64,000 nt of DNA from Octopus sinensis (Eukaryota): contig NC_043000.1 of NCBI RefSeq assembly GCF_006345805.1, forward strand, positions 27,590,001-27,654,000, read 5' to 3'. Below, piece by piece: positions 13,205 to 25,162 of this stretch. Made by a program: the position numbers and the translations under genes. Position 1 is the first letter of the stretch; each line of letters starts with the position of its first letter. The notes under the pieces are model-generated. The model saw only the letters and a list, made by a program, of their open reading frames with translations. It had not been told where the DNA came from and searched no databases.

Positions 13205-13870
13205 ACTAATGCTAAGAGCGTATTAGGAAAGACCTACATTGCTAGAAATAATAACTAAACCGCTCTAATGCTGTAGTTAACGCACATGAAGGAAACCATA
13301 TAAACTAAGAGGGGCAATAATCGTCCGAAAAGTGCCGATCGAGAATTCTTAATACTGACGCATCAGTTTCGGCAATTTTCGGTGTCTCATCAGCTAAGGC
13401 CGCTCGACAATTGGCTCTTTCCGGACTCGCTTCTTTATTAGTATTTATGCTTTCGTCATCCAAATAATTTATAAAATTAATACAAACAGTACTTTGCAAT
13501 ATATCCCCAAAAAGGAAAATTACAAATATCACTAAATGTGACTAGAATGTTAGGAAACATACATTCCTAGAAATAAGAGCCAAACCGCTCATGTGCGTTA
13601 ACTACCGCATTAGAGATGTTTAGCACTTATTTCTAGCAATGTACGTGTTACCTAACACCCAAGTCATATTTAGTGACATTTATAATTCGCCTTTTTGGTG
13701 AAACATTGGGAACTGCTGTTTATATTAATAAGCTTAATCTATTCTTTTTTTTTTAAATCCTGATGATTTAAAATAATATGAGAGCATTTAGTGCAGCGCT
13801 TCACAAATATACCATGGTTTCTTCACAAGCTGCGAACACTTCGGTCAACCAGCCAGCTGCTGCTGGTGAA
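13205..13870. mobile_element. Fold-back element between (TA)n tracts
   Basis: ~13237-13289 and ~13480-13590 are diverged inverted copies of ~13589-13735; hammerhead in the left (minus-sense) arm. Confidence 0.65.
13348..13398 (-). ncRNA. Type I hammerhead ribozyme
   Basis: CTTAG-CTGATGA-GACA-CCGAAAAT-TGCC-GAAA-CTGA-TGCG-TCAG-T-A-TTAAG: canonical core, 5-bp stem III, GUA cleavage triplet, one mismatch in stem II. Confidence 0.8.
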
Positions 13871-13901
<31 letters not shown>

Positions 13902-14519
13902 GAAAAACAAAGACTTAAAAGCGAGCGTTAAGTTAGCCTCGCTTTGTAGCTTAGTAAATGGAGCAACGGATATCTTCTGATATAATACGAGTAGATTTTC
14001 AACCAAGAGCCTAAAATAAATTAGTAAATTCTAAAATCAATTCCATTAGGGCTATTTCGATTTAAATCTTTCTCGCCTGCCTAGAATCGTGTGTTTTCAA
14101 TATCGATTACAAATAGAGAATGCCAAAGTTAAGCCACTAAAGAGGATACACAGGGCAAGTATTTTCACGTATAAACAGACAATAGATGAACGCTGCGCAC
14201 ATATACACTTCTACAGTGGCTAAAGTGCAAGGACTTTTGTTTGGCGATGCAAAGTAATAAAAGTAATTTCCTGATATTCCTCAGTCTTTTGTTTCTATAC
14301 GTGTACATACATATATATATATGTATGTATGTGTGTGTGTGTGTGTGTACTTATATCTTTACGGTGCTTTATTTTACTGTAAATTAATACATTTGTATTG
14401 CAATATTTTACTTTTCATTGAAAATTTTAAAACTGTTCTCGGTATGTTAATGGCAAAGCGTTCAGGCGAGTATACTAGTGTATACTTGATGTAGCAACAT
14501 TTGAAATATTGTCCAGATA

Positions 14520-14594
14520 AATCTAGCTGAAGAAGACTAATCAAATTTACGATAACAAATGTATTCGAGGAGTCGGAAACCTAGGTACTAGATT
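14520..14594 (+). ncRNA. Type I hammerhead ribozyme, array copy 1
   Basis: AATCTAG-CTGAAGA-A-GACT-[~32 nt]-AGTC-G-GAAA-CCTAGG-T-A-CTAGATT; 7-bp stem I, palindromic stem III ACCTAGGT, GUA site at 14587. Confidence 0.75.
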
Positions 14595-14792
14595 ATCCGA
14601 TTTGGGGTTGCCCATTTATCTAATTTTCTTCCTAGAGGTAAGACGAAATTTTTTATGTCCGCTGCCCTCACAAGTCTTTGCCAGTATATAAACATTGTAG
14701 CTTTGCTGAAATCTAAAAATGGAAGATACATAAATATATAAACATGTGTGTGCATATGTGCCCCGATATATATGTTTGTGTGTGTGTGTGCG

Positions 14793-14853
<61 letters not shown>

Positions 14854-15020
14854 ATATCTTTACGGTGCTTTATTTTACTGTAAATTAATACATTTGTATT
14901 GCAATATTTTACTTTTCATTGAAAATTTTAAAACTGTTCTCGGTATGTTAATGGCAAAGCGTTCAGGCGAGTATACTAGTGTATACTTGATGTAGCAACA
15001 TTTGAAATATTGTCCAGATA

Positions 15021-15095
15021 AATCTAGCTGAAGAAGACTAATCAAATTTACGATAACAAATGTATTTGAGGAGTCGGAAACCTAGGTACTAGATT
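15021..15095 (+). ncRNA. Type I hammerhead ribozyme, array copy 2
   Basis: Same motif; stem II can extend via TCAAAT/ATTTGA. Confidence 0.75.
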
Positions 15096-15271
15096 ATCCG
15101 ATTTGGGGTTGCCCATTATCTAATTTTCTTCCTAGAGGTAAGACGAAATTTTTTATGTCCGCTGCCCTCACAAGTCTTTGCCAGTATATAACATTGTAGC
15201 TTTGCTGAAATCTAAAAATGGAAGATACATAAATATATAAACATGTGTGTGCATATGTGCCCCGATATATA

Positions 15272-15316
<45 letters not shown>

Positions 15317-15482
15317 ATATCTTTACGGTGCTTTATTTTACTGTAAATTAATACATTTGTATTGCAATATTTTACTTTTCATTGAAAATTTTAAAACTGT
15401 TCTCGGTATGTTAATGGCAAAGCGTTCAGCGAGTATACTAGTGTATACTTGATGTAGCAACATTTGAAATATTGTCCAGATA

Positions 15483-15557
15483 AATCTAGCTGAAGAAGAC
15501 TAATCAAATTTACGATAACAAATGTATTCGAGGAGTCGGAAACCTAGGTACTAGATT
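15483..15557 (+). ncRNA. Type I hammerhead ribozyme, array copy 3
   Basis: Same motif as 14520-14594. Confidence 0.75.
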
Positions 15558-15734
15558 ATCCGATTTGGGGTTGCCCATTATCTAATTTTCTTCCTAGAGG
15601 TAAGACGAAATTTTTTATGTCCGCTGCCCTCACAAGTCTTTGCCAGTATATAAACATTGTAGCTTTGCTGAAATCTAAAAATGGAAGATACATAAATATA
15701 TAAACATGTGTGTGCATATGTGCCCCGATATATA

Positions 15735-15945
15735 TGTTTGTGTGTCTGTGCTTGTCCCGGCACCCCACCCGAACATCGCTTGACAAGCGATGAGGGTGCG
15801 TCTACGTCCCTGTAAACTAGCAGTTCGTCAAAAGAGACAGATATAATAACTACTAGGCTTACAAAGAATATGTCCTGGGGTCGATTTGCTCGATTAAATG
15901 CGGTGCTCCAACATGGCCGCAGTCAAATAAAAGAATAAAAGAATA
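15735..15945 (+). mobile_element. SINE family B, 3' half
   Basis: TACTAGGCTTACAAAGAATA..GGTCGATTTGCTCG..GGTGCTCCA..ATGGCCGCAGTC, shared with 54430-54820. Confidence 0.8.
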
Positions 15946-16780
15946 TGCACGTATGCAAATATGCGTGTGTGTTTGTGTATGAGAGAGAGCGAGAGAGAGA
16001 AGTTATAGAACATGCAGAAACTATTCACAATGGATACATTGATGGCATGTTTCAGGAATAACATACCATTAATTAAGGTCCGTATTTGCTAAAAAAAGAA
16101 AATCAAATTTAAAAAAAAAAAAAAAAAATTCGAGCCGCTATGGTGTGACGTGACGGTAAAATCAGTGAATGGAGAAATAATTAATAAAGGTTTATAGAAA
16201 AATTGCATTTTTATGGAGTAAATCCATTATGCAAGGAAAAAATCATTGTATAAAATATGTATGACATTAAATTGAGAACAAAATGTATTTTACATTGTAT
16301 ATTCATAGGAAAGCAATTATTAAAATGTATATGTGTAAATTGATTTCTAGAGAATTTCCCGTGAAAATGTGTGTTGTGAATTTTGTATATGTGACATAAT
16401 AGCGATGTGTAGTAACATTAATGAATTATATTATGGTATTGTATATGCGATTGTTATAAATGTAAACAAAATGTTTGTCTAAATATGTAAAATATGCGTA
16501 TGTGTGTATGGATATTTGTATAGTTTTTATTTTATACTTCCTTCAGTCATTAGACTGCGGCCATGCTGGGGTGACGCCTTGAAGGGTTTTGGTCGAAAAT
16601 ATCGATTATAGTAGTTCCTTTTATGAGACTGATACTTATTATATTGGTATATATGGCTGAACAGCTAGATTTCATCGACGTAAAAACAAAACTGCTTGTC
16701 AAGCGGAGGTGGTGGACAAATACGAACACAAAAATATCTATCTATTTCTCTATTTGTTTATTTATTCATCCATCTCTCTC

Positions 16781-16823
<43 letters not shown>

Positions 16824-16839
16824 ATATATATATATATAT

Positions 16840-18020
16840 CACACTCCTACTGCATCAAAATATCTTGGCAGACCTTTGTAGACACCGTCACAAACATATG
16901 TGCTAAACACAGCCAACTAAGACCTGTGAAGAAAACTAAGTGCAGAATTCCCCAAAAGAGAAATATGATAAAGAACAAACAAAAAAATTAACTAACTAAA
17001 ATACTGCCAACAGCAACACATGAATTGGACGGCTATCACTCTGCTTGCATCAAAAACATATAACCTCCAACAATGCATGAAGAACATTATCAATAACCAA
17101 AGAATAACTGAGAAGAAATGGGCCGTTCAGAAAATCATACTCAACCTCAAAGTGTTGCGAAAATTCATAAGGTCATTGTCTGCACTGTTGGCCCTTTAAT
17201 TGATGAAAATGGCAATCTCTAAGATCATGATAAAACGATAAGGGAGATACTACAGAAACAGTACTGCTCTGTTTTTAGTAGTCCTGGTATGGTCGATCTG
17301 GCCTATATCAGTGATGTTAATCCTCAACACCCTATATCGGACATAACGTTTGGCACGCCTGATGTCTTAGCTGCAATAAACGAAGTGAAACACAATTCAG
17401 CAGTAGGCCCAGATAAATTCCCTGCTTGTGTACTGATGGATGTCGACACCGACTTGCATCTCCTCTTGCTAATCTGTGGAGGAATCACTGGATGTTGGTT
17501 ATATTCCCGAGAAAGATCCGTCCTAGTCTTTCGTCCCAGTTTTCAGAAAGGACAAGTCCCTTGCAGTGAATTACTGGCCGATCTTACTAACCCCTCATAT
17601 CATCAAGGTATTTGAGAAGGCGTTGAGATCACGGATAACCCACTTACTTTAAAGCAACAGACTACTCAACCCCAAACATCCTGGATTCTGTAATGGAAAG
17701 AACTGCTTAACGCAGCTCCTGCATCGGCTTGAGGACATTTTGAAATCTTTGGGAGAGGGCTCGAATACTGATGTCATTTACCTTGATTTCAGCAAGGCCT
17801 TTGACAGGGTGGATCATAAGGTCCTCTTGAAAAACCTATCCAACATTGGTGTCTCTGGAAAGTTACTACAATGTAATGTATTAGGCTCGCTTCTTTTTAT
17901 TATCTACATCAATGATATTACTGATATCAAAGACAGTAACATAAGAATCTTTGCAGATGATTCCAAGATCCAGAAGTTTATCAATGAAGTGGGTGACTGA
18001 GCGTGCCTTCAGTCAAATCT
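16840..18020 (+). pseudogene. CR1-group LINE reverse transcriptase relic
   Basis: ..NSAVGPDKFPA..; TDVIYLDFSKAFDRVDHKVLL..VLGSLLFIIYINDI..IRIFADDSKI; frameshifted and internally deleted. Confidence 0.85.
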
Positions 18021-18029
18021 TCTTAAGAC

Positions 18030-18590
18030 CGGTTCCCATATACTATTCATATCTGCACTCTGTCTGCTTAGGAAGTTGTTGTGTATATGTGCTGCTTCTT
18101 TTAGTTTTCGTATTTTCCAGTGGTATTCTCTGTCTACTATTTTCCATACATGATCAGCTATAACCGATTTATCAATATCTCCTCATGTCACAGCTTTGCA
18201 ATGTTCGTCTACCCTTATCTTGAGGGGACGGCATGTTTTGCCTTTGTATAACCTACCTACCAGAGCTGCATAGGATGGAGTACACGCAGTCTTTGGTCAT
18301 ATTTTCTTCTATTGGTGGTTTGCGAATTGTTGTATTTCTCTTGAATACTGTCCTGATGTCATATGGGCCGCAAATCTTTTGCATCTTTTCGGAGAGGCCT
18401 TTCACATACGGTAGACATATTGTGGACAGTTTATTGGTTTCATCTTCTCTTTTCTTCATAATTGAAGAGGATAGAATGTTTTGTGGGGTAGTTGTTTCTT
18501 AATAGATTGTCATTGAGCTTGACCATATCTTCGTGGTGTGTATCACGATCGCTGCTTATATTCTTTGCATGATGGTTAAGCACTGTATGC
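18030..18590 (-). pseudogene. Penelope/Poseidon-type PLE thumb plus GIY-YIG relic
   Basis: TICLPYVKGLSEKMQKICGPYDIRTVFK..KDCVYSILCSSGR, then frameshifted YKGKTCRPLKIRVDEH..DKSVIADHVWK. Confidence 0.85.
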
Positions 18591-19084
18591 ATTATATAAT
18601 ATTTATCTTTCACTGGCTGGAATACGTTTTTCGTTGATCCGGCTATTACCCGAATAGAAAGTAGTGTGTGCGCGCGCGTGTGTGTGTGTGCGTACGTGTG
18701 TGTGAGTGAGAATGAGAGAGAAAGAGAAAAGATATATATATCGGTGCTTGATTTTGTACAGGCGCGCGTGCAGATATATACATGTATATCCTATATACAC
18801 ACGTACACACACACACGCATACATACCTACCTACATACATAAATATCTACATAATGTTTACATTATTGTTACCACGAAATGTTTGATAGCTCCTTCGAAA
18901 TGTTTTCTTAACCACCGCGAAGTAGTCTTGCGAGAGTTGGGAAATTGAAAGCTGCAAGTAGCTCTTAACCTTTTAGTTGTAGATGTAAAATTAATATGTT
19001 ATCGAAAATTATTGAGTGGTTTCTCAATTTCGTATACTTCTATACACAAACATAAAAAAAACTATCATTAAGATATATATATAT

Positions 19085-19271
19085 TTAATACAGGATAAAA
19101 TTTTCGAAACAATTTTATCAATGGCCAGCATATTAAAAAAATACCTTTAAAGGTTAAATTTATAAACAACTTATAAACAAGGGCAAAAGAAAAAAAAATT
19201 CAATGCCGAAGAAAAAAATTTCGGCATATTTGGCATAGAAATTTTTTTATTTTGCCCTTGTTTATAAGTTG
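19085..19271. mobile_element. (TA)n-embedded fold-back element, same family as 48289-48543
   Basis: Inverted arms spanning 19167-19271 (CAACTTATAAACAAGGGC / GCCCTTGTTTATAAGTTG); homologous body ATGGCCAGCATATTAAAAAAATACCTTTAAAG. Confidence 0.75.
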
Positions 19272-19304
<33 letters not shown>

Positions 19305-20309
19305 TCACGTGAATATATATATATATATATATATTCACGTGACCTCTTTATTATGACCAATAAGAAATTTTAGGCGCGATACCAGCCAAATTTTAACATC
19401 TCTGGAGCCTATTTTCTTACCCCAACACCAACTTCCATTCAAACATTCACTTGACCCCTTTATAATGACCAATCAAAATTGTATTGACCATTGTCCACAA
19501 GAAATTTTAGGCGCGAAACCAAGCAAATCTTAAACAACTCTGGAGCCTCTTTTTTCACATATAAGAGACAGAAAACCCAACATAAAGTCAGATAAGAGAA
19601 AAAAATCAAACAGAAAGGAATTCTATGTCACTCAAAATATCTTTTGATAAGCATAACAAATGCGCAACCGGTAAACTCTTACTTTTTTTTATTCTACACT
19701 GAAATCTGACGTTGAACTTTTCCACAAAAAACTGTATATTACACGCTTTTACTAAATATCTTATTCTGAAACAGAACACTGTAAAATACTCTTACTTTTT
19801 TTCTTATACACTGAAATCATTCACAAAAAATGAACATTGTATTCTAACCCAATTTTTCCCTTTTTTTTGTTTAAAAAAAGAACTTTCACCTAATTAAATA
19901 CACTCTCCCTTACTTAAAGCATTTTGTCAGCATTTTCTTCAGTTCCTTTATATATATATATATATATTTACTTGTTTCAATCATGTGACTGTGGCCATGC
20001 TGGAGCACCGCCTTTAGTCGAGCAAATCTACCCCAGGACTTATTCTGTGTAAGCCTAGTACATATTCTATCGGTCTCCTTTGCCGAACCGCTAAGTTACG
20101 GTTGTCAAGTGATGTTGGGGGATAAACGCAGACACACAAACATACAAATGTATATATATACATATATACGACGGGCTTCTTTCAGTTTCCGTCCAGCAAA
20201 TCCACTCGCAAGGCTTTGGTCGGCCCGACCCTATAGTAGAAGACACTTGCCCAAGGTACCACGCAGTGGGACTGAACCCGGAACCATGTGGTTGGTAAAC
20301 AAGCTACTT

Positions 20310-22329
20310 TATTTCATAAATTTGTCATATAGACAGTACAAAGAACTTTGCGGGCTGGACAAATACATTAATGAATGAAAATGAAATATAATGAATAAAT
20401 GAGAGACGAAACCCAACACCCGCCGATTGGATTTTTCTCGAAGACATATTTTCTTTTTTTTTTTTAAATCAATATGAGGTTTCGAACCTCTTACAAGGAG
20501 AGGGCACTAAAACCTCTTACTTAACATGTTTTCTTTTTTTTTCTTTCTTAAAGCACAAAATTGAGGTTATAAACCACTGCAAAATAATCCAATAAGATGA
20601 GGTTTCAAACCCTTTAACGAGGGTCTTTCACCGCCTACTCTTCCATATATCCATCGATATATTCATCATTATCTTCAATGCCGCTTGAGTTCCTGTATCC
20701 CGCCATTTCCCATTCCTCACTCATGTAGGACATGTAAGTCGTGTAAGGGCCACTCGGCCAAATCCTTTAAGCCTTTCCCACAAGGGAAACCTTATGATCT
20801 CCACAGCTATCTGCGGAAGCCATTCGGGATCCCGTGTGAAGGGCATATCTACTGTTTCTTTATGTTCTTCTACTATTTTTTCCACCTCCCCGCCCTTCTA
20901 GAAAAAGATAATTAATTGATCATCTTTAAGGGTGGGGGTGGTTTCTTCCACCGTGGAGGCACAACTTCGGGACATGCAGTCGGCACATCATCTCCCCGCT
21001 GAGATGACCGTTCTTCTTCCTTCTTTTTTATCTTTTCTTCCTGGCTTCGGGAGAGTGGAGCTCTTCCGCTTTGTCCGGAGACTCTCCCCAGCCTTCCGAA
21101 GCCTCAGATACCTTCGGCGGGCAACTATTGTTGCCCGCCTTCTTCCTTTTTAATCCTTTTTGAGTTGAGGAGGCAAAAGCCTCCTCGACAACATCTACCT
21201 CTCCCTTTGACCGGGTAGGGGAGGTGGCATCTAGTGACTGTTCCAGGACCTTACCATGGTCCTGGGGCAGTTCCTTTTAATGTGGCCTGGCTGCAGGCAC
21301 GAGTGACACCGGATACCTGCAGCCAGCCATTTTCAAGAAGTCTGGAAAAACCAGTTCTGTTGCGGCCGATGGGGTTCACAGGGTCAAAATCGCTTTTGAC
21401 CCTTCCCAATCGACAGCCGGCAATACTCTTACATTTAAGAGCCTGGGCCCGCCATACCCCAGTCACCGTCGGATGGTATCATCAATCCAATCCGCTTCGG
21501 TGCCTGGGAGGAGCCCACATACCCAGACTCGTATTAATTTTCTTCCACAATATAACGGGAGTAACAGAATTTCCTTGCCTTCTAAAGGCTGACTCGCAAA
21601 CTGGCGATCCTTTTCCCCGTTGTCAAACAGCAACCATACGGTTGCATGTTTGACAGCACGGGATATATATTTTACAGAGGACAAATGTTCTTTAAGTTCA
21701 TTTTTTATGACTTGTTTTGGGAAGACGGTGATGGAATTAAGAACTTTAGAATTCGTTCTAAGTACCATCGCCTTCTCCGCCATATCTTTTAACCATTGCT
21801 TAGGCGAGTTAATTTCCCACTCTGAGATAGAGTTTTTCTTTTTAAGTTCCTTCTCTGCCATGTCAAAAAACAGTTCAAAAGTAGTTCAAAAGACAGTCTG
21901 CCAAAAAATTAAACCGAATAAAAATAAAACAAAATAAAAGAGGAGGGGAGGAAACTAAAATTAAAGTAATGAAAAGAATGAACCAAAATTTAGAAAGAAA
22001 GAAAAATAGAAGAAGGGAAAAGTAAAAGAAAAACTTTACAAATAGCACAGACAGGAAATCCTTTGTATAATACTCCAAAAAGTTAATCCAAAAGGTAATC
22101 CAAATGGCTTATTCTTATTTTTCTGGTGAGATACGCCCACTAGAATTCACAAGAAGAATTTTCAAAAATATTCTCAATTCACCGTTACGGTGATGAGAAT
22201 CCAGTATTTTGCCTCACTATAGCGAGCCATAATAAACAATTTTTCTTTTTGTTCTTTTTTTTCTATTCACGGAGCCGAAACTCACATAGGCTCAATGTAA
22301 CAGTCCAGACCAACTAGTGTTGCATTCTG
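20310..22329 (-). mobile_element. Tx1/L1-like non-LTR element carrying only a gag-like ORF1 relic
   Basis: 16-bp TSD GGTAAACAAGCTACTT (20294-20309 and 22330-22345); A-rich 3' end; no APE/RT motifs seen. Confidence 0.75.
20640..21861 (-). pseudogene. Frameshifted ORF1 with CCHC zinc knuckle
   Basis: ORF 21463-21861 (MAEKELKK..); CHSCLQPGHIKRNC (CX2CX4HX4C) at 21267-21308; then a basic segment EGWESLRTKRK. Confidence 0.7.
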
Positions 22330-22744
22330 GGTAAACAAGCTACTTACCACACAACCACTCCTACGCCTATATATTTACATAATTTTAAATTACATTTCAC
22401 TGCTGCGATGCGCAGTTCTTTTCTTTTTTACCATTTCTTTAAACCTTTATGTTGTTGCTGCTAATATTTCCGATACAGAGAGAAAGTGTAGACCAGGGTC
22501 CGTAAAAAAAAACTTTGCCTTCGCTCCTAGTACGGTCGCTTTCTCGATATTGTTTTTCTTTATTATTATAAAAATAAACAATGGTAGGCAAGAAAAACAG
22601 TTTCAAAAGTTCGGTGTCAATACAGAAACAGCAAAGATATTAAAAATATGCACTGCAGAAAATAATGTAAATATATGCAACAACTGGATCGCTTGACAGA
22701 AATAAAGTTATGTAAATGGTAGCGATAAGCGTATGAAGTTATTG

Positions 22745-23102
22745 GATGGAAGCACTCCGTCGGTTACGACGACGAGGGTTCCAGCCTGCTCGTGAAATTA
22801 ACGTGTAAGTGGCTGAGCACTCCACAGACACCCTTAACGTAGTTCTCGGGGATATTCAGCGTGACACAGAGAGTGACAAGGCCGGCCCTTTGAAATACAG
22901 GTACAACATAAACAGGAAGTAAGAGTGAGAGAAAGTTGTGGTGAAAGAGTACAGCAGGGATCACCACCATCCCTGCTGGAGCCTCGTGGAGCTTTAGGTG
23001 TTTTCGCTCAATAAACACTCACAACGCCCGGTCTGGGAATCGAAACCGCGATCCTACGACCGCGAGTCCGCTGCCCTAACCACTGGGCCATTGCACCTCC
23101 AC
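22745..23102 (-). mobile_element. SINE family C
   Basis: tRNA-like head GGCCCAGTGGTTAGGG..GGTTTCGATTCCC; TSD ATGAAGTTATT. Confidence 0.9.
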
Positions 23103-23238
23103 ATGAAGTTATTACGCATAATTATTAACGAAAAACCTTTCAAACATATTTGAAAATTTTATATTTAGAACATTCGAATTCGATACAACAAATTGTGAGT
23201 CAACATCTACTTAATTTATTTTGAATAAGTATCAACAA

Positions 23239-23348
<110 letters not shown>

Positions 23349-23555
23349 GAAAGAAATCAAATCAAATAGAATAAAGTACCATCATTATCAAACTAATATT
23401 TTTGCATCAATGTTCTTTGTGATCATATTTGTGAGCGCAATATAATAAATTCGCAAAATTAAAGGACAGTCGTGTGTTTATACATAGATATATTCATAGA
23501 TGCATACAGACACACACAGAGACACACAAACACGCACACACATATATATGTGTAT

Positions 23556-23608
<53 letters not shown>

Positions 23609-23870
23609 CAATTAAGGACAACTACTTAATAAGGAAAACTTAACAAGAAATTGTCAGGTAGATAGCGTAAAAACCTCATAAGAGAAAAAATTTCGAAAAA
23701 AATTATTTCTTATTGAACATATTAATTTATATATAGAGGGCATTATACATACATGCCAGGAGGCATTGTATATACATGCCAAACGCTAAGAGGGACAATC
23801 AGTTCATTTCTACCAAAAATATACTAATCCCACCGAATGCAATTTTTCAAAGTAAGACATTTAAAAATAT

Positions 23871-23916
23871 AGGCCTGTATCAGTGATTTCATACTTACGT
23901 AATCATCAGCAGGCCT
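23871..23916 (-). ncRNA. Type I hammerhead ribozyme (inverted arm)
   Basis: AGGCCTG-CTGATGA-TTACGTAAGTAT-GAAA-TCACTGA-T-A-CAGGCCT; stem III is 2 nt shorter than in the + copies. Confidence 0.7.
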
Positions 23917-23989
23917 GAATGTATTATAAATAAACAACGACCCTGCCTCGCTTAAGCCGATCAGCTAACTGATCAACAATAATACATTC

Positions 23990-24033
23990 AGGCCTGCTGA
24001 TGATTACGTAAGAAATCACTGTGATACAGGCCT
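23990..24033 (+). ncRNA. Hammerhead copy with 4-nt deletion in stem II
   Basis: AGGCCTG-CTGATGA-TTACGTAA-GAAA-TCACTGTGA-T-A-CAGGCCT; may be defective or a consensus error. Confidence 0.55.
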
Positions 24034-24459
24034 ATATTTTTAAATGTCTTACTTTGAAAAATTGCATTCGGTGGGATTAGTAATATTTTTGGTAGAAATG
24101 ACTGATTGTCCCTCTTAGCGTTTGGCATGTATATACAATGCTTCCTGGCATGTATGTATAATGCCCTCTATATATAAATTAATATGTTCAATAAGAAATA
24201 ATTTTCGAAATTTTTTCTCTTATAAGGTTTTTACGCTATCTACCTGACAATTTCTTGTTAGTTTTCCTATTAAGTAGTTGTCCTTAATTGCTAAATTTTT
24301 ATTCCGAAAAAACTTTTCCTCTCCCGAAATGCAATTCGTAAAAGTTTACCATTTACCCGGATGTAATATATATAAACTCACCCATGTGCTTCGTTGATGT
24401 TGATCAGTTAGCTGATCGGCTTAACGAGGGCAGGGTCGTTGTTTATTTATAATACATTC

Positions 24460-24507
24460 AGGCCTGCTGATGATTACGTAAGTATGAAATCACTGTGATA
24501 CAGGCCT
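24460..24507 (+). ncRNA. Type I hammerhead ribozyme
   Basis: AGGCCTG-CTGATGA-T-TAC-GTAA-GTA-T-GAAA-TCA-CTG-TGA-T-A-CAGGCCT: 7-bp stem I, GNRA-capped stem II, 4-bp stem III, AUA site at 24500. Confidence 0.8.
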
Positions 24508-24936
24508 ATATTTTTAAATGTCTTACTTTGAAAAATGGCATTTCGGTGGGATTAGTAATATTTTTGGTAGAAATGACTGATTGCCCCTCTTAGCGTTTGG
24601 CATGTATATACAATGCCTCCTGGCATGTATGTATAATGCCCTCTATATATAAATTAATATGTTCAATAAGAAAAATTTTTTCGAAATTTTTTCTCTTATG
24701 AGGTTTTTACGCTATCTACCTGACAATTTCTTGTTAAGTTTTCCTTATTAAGTAGTTGTCCTTAATTGCTAAATTTTTATTCCGAAAAAACTTTTCCTCT
24801 CCCGAAATGCAATTCGTAAAAGTTTACCATTTACCCGGATGTAATATATATAAACTCACCCATGTGCTTCGTTGATGTTGATCAGTTAGCTGATCGGCTT
24901 AAGCGAGGCAGGGTCGTGTTTATTTATAATACAGTC

Positions 24937-24983
24937 AGGCCTGCTGATGATTACGTAAGTATGAAATCACTGTGATACAGGCT
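24937..24983 (+). ncRNA. Type I hammerhead ribozyme
   Basis: Same as 24460-24507 with one C missing in the 3' strand of stem I. Confidence 0.75.
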
Positions 24984-25162
24984 ATATTTTTAAATGTTAC
25001 TTTGAAAAATTGCATTCGTGTGGGTTAGTAATATTTTTGGTAGAAATGACTGATTGTCCCTCTTAGCGTTTGGCATGTATATACAATGCCTCCTGGCATG
25101 TATGTATAATGCCCTCTATATATAAATATATATATATATATTATATTTAATAAAAAACATTT

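Larger units (their letters stand above)
14330..15740 (+). repeat. Tandem array, 3 x ~460-500 bp units separated by (TG)n, one hammerhead per unit
   Basis: Unit ACTTATATCTTTACGG...GTGCCCCGATATATATGTTTG repeated near-identically; length differences lie mostly in the (TG)n. Confidence 0.9.
19967..22368 (-). mobile_element. SINE family B split by a 2-kb insertion (parts 19967-20309 and 22330-22368)
   Basis: Head AGGCGTAGGAGTGGTTGTGTGGTAAGTAGCTTG at 22368 continues into the body at 20309 once the insert is removed. Confidence 0.85.
23606..25128. mobile_element. Hammerhead-bearing element: inverted partial unit (23606-23977, -) plus ~2.4 direct units of ~475 bp (23978-25128, +), inside (TA)n
   Basis: Direct repeats at ~470-477 bp spacing; the left arm is the reverse complement of the same unit; both outer ends join (TA)n. 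Confidence 0.9.

Noticed and set aside
16108-16500. FEPLWCDV..* as an L1/Tx1 ORF2 C-terminus with 3'UTR
   Set aside because: Only ~22 codons, with no TSD or poly-A tail identified; insufficient evidence.
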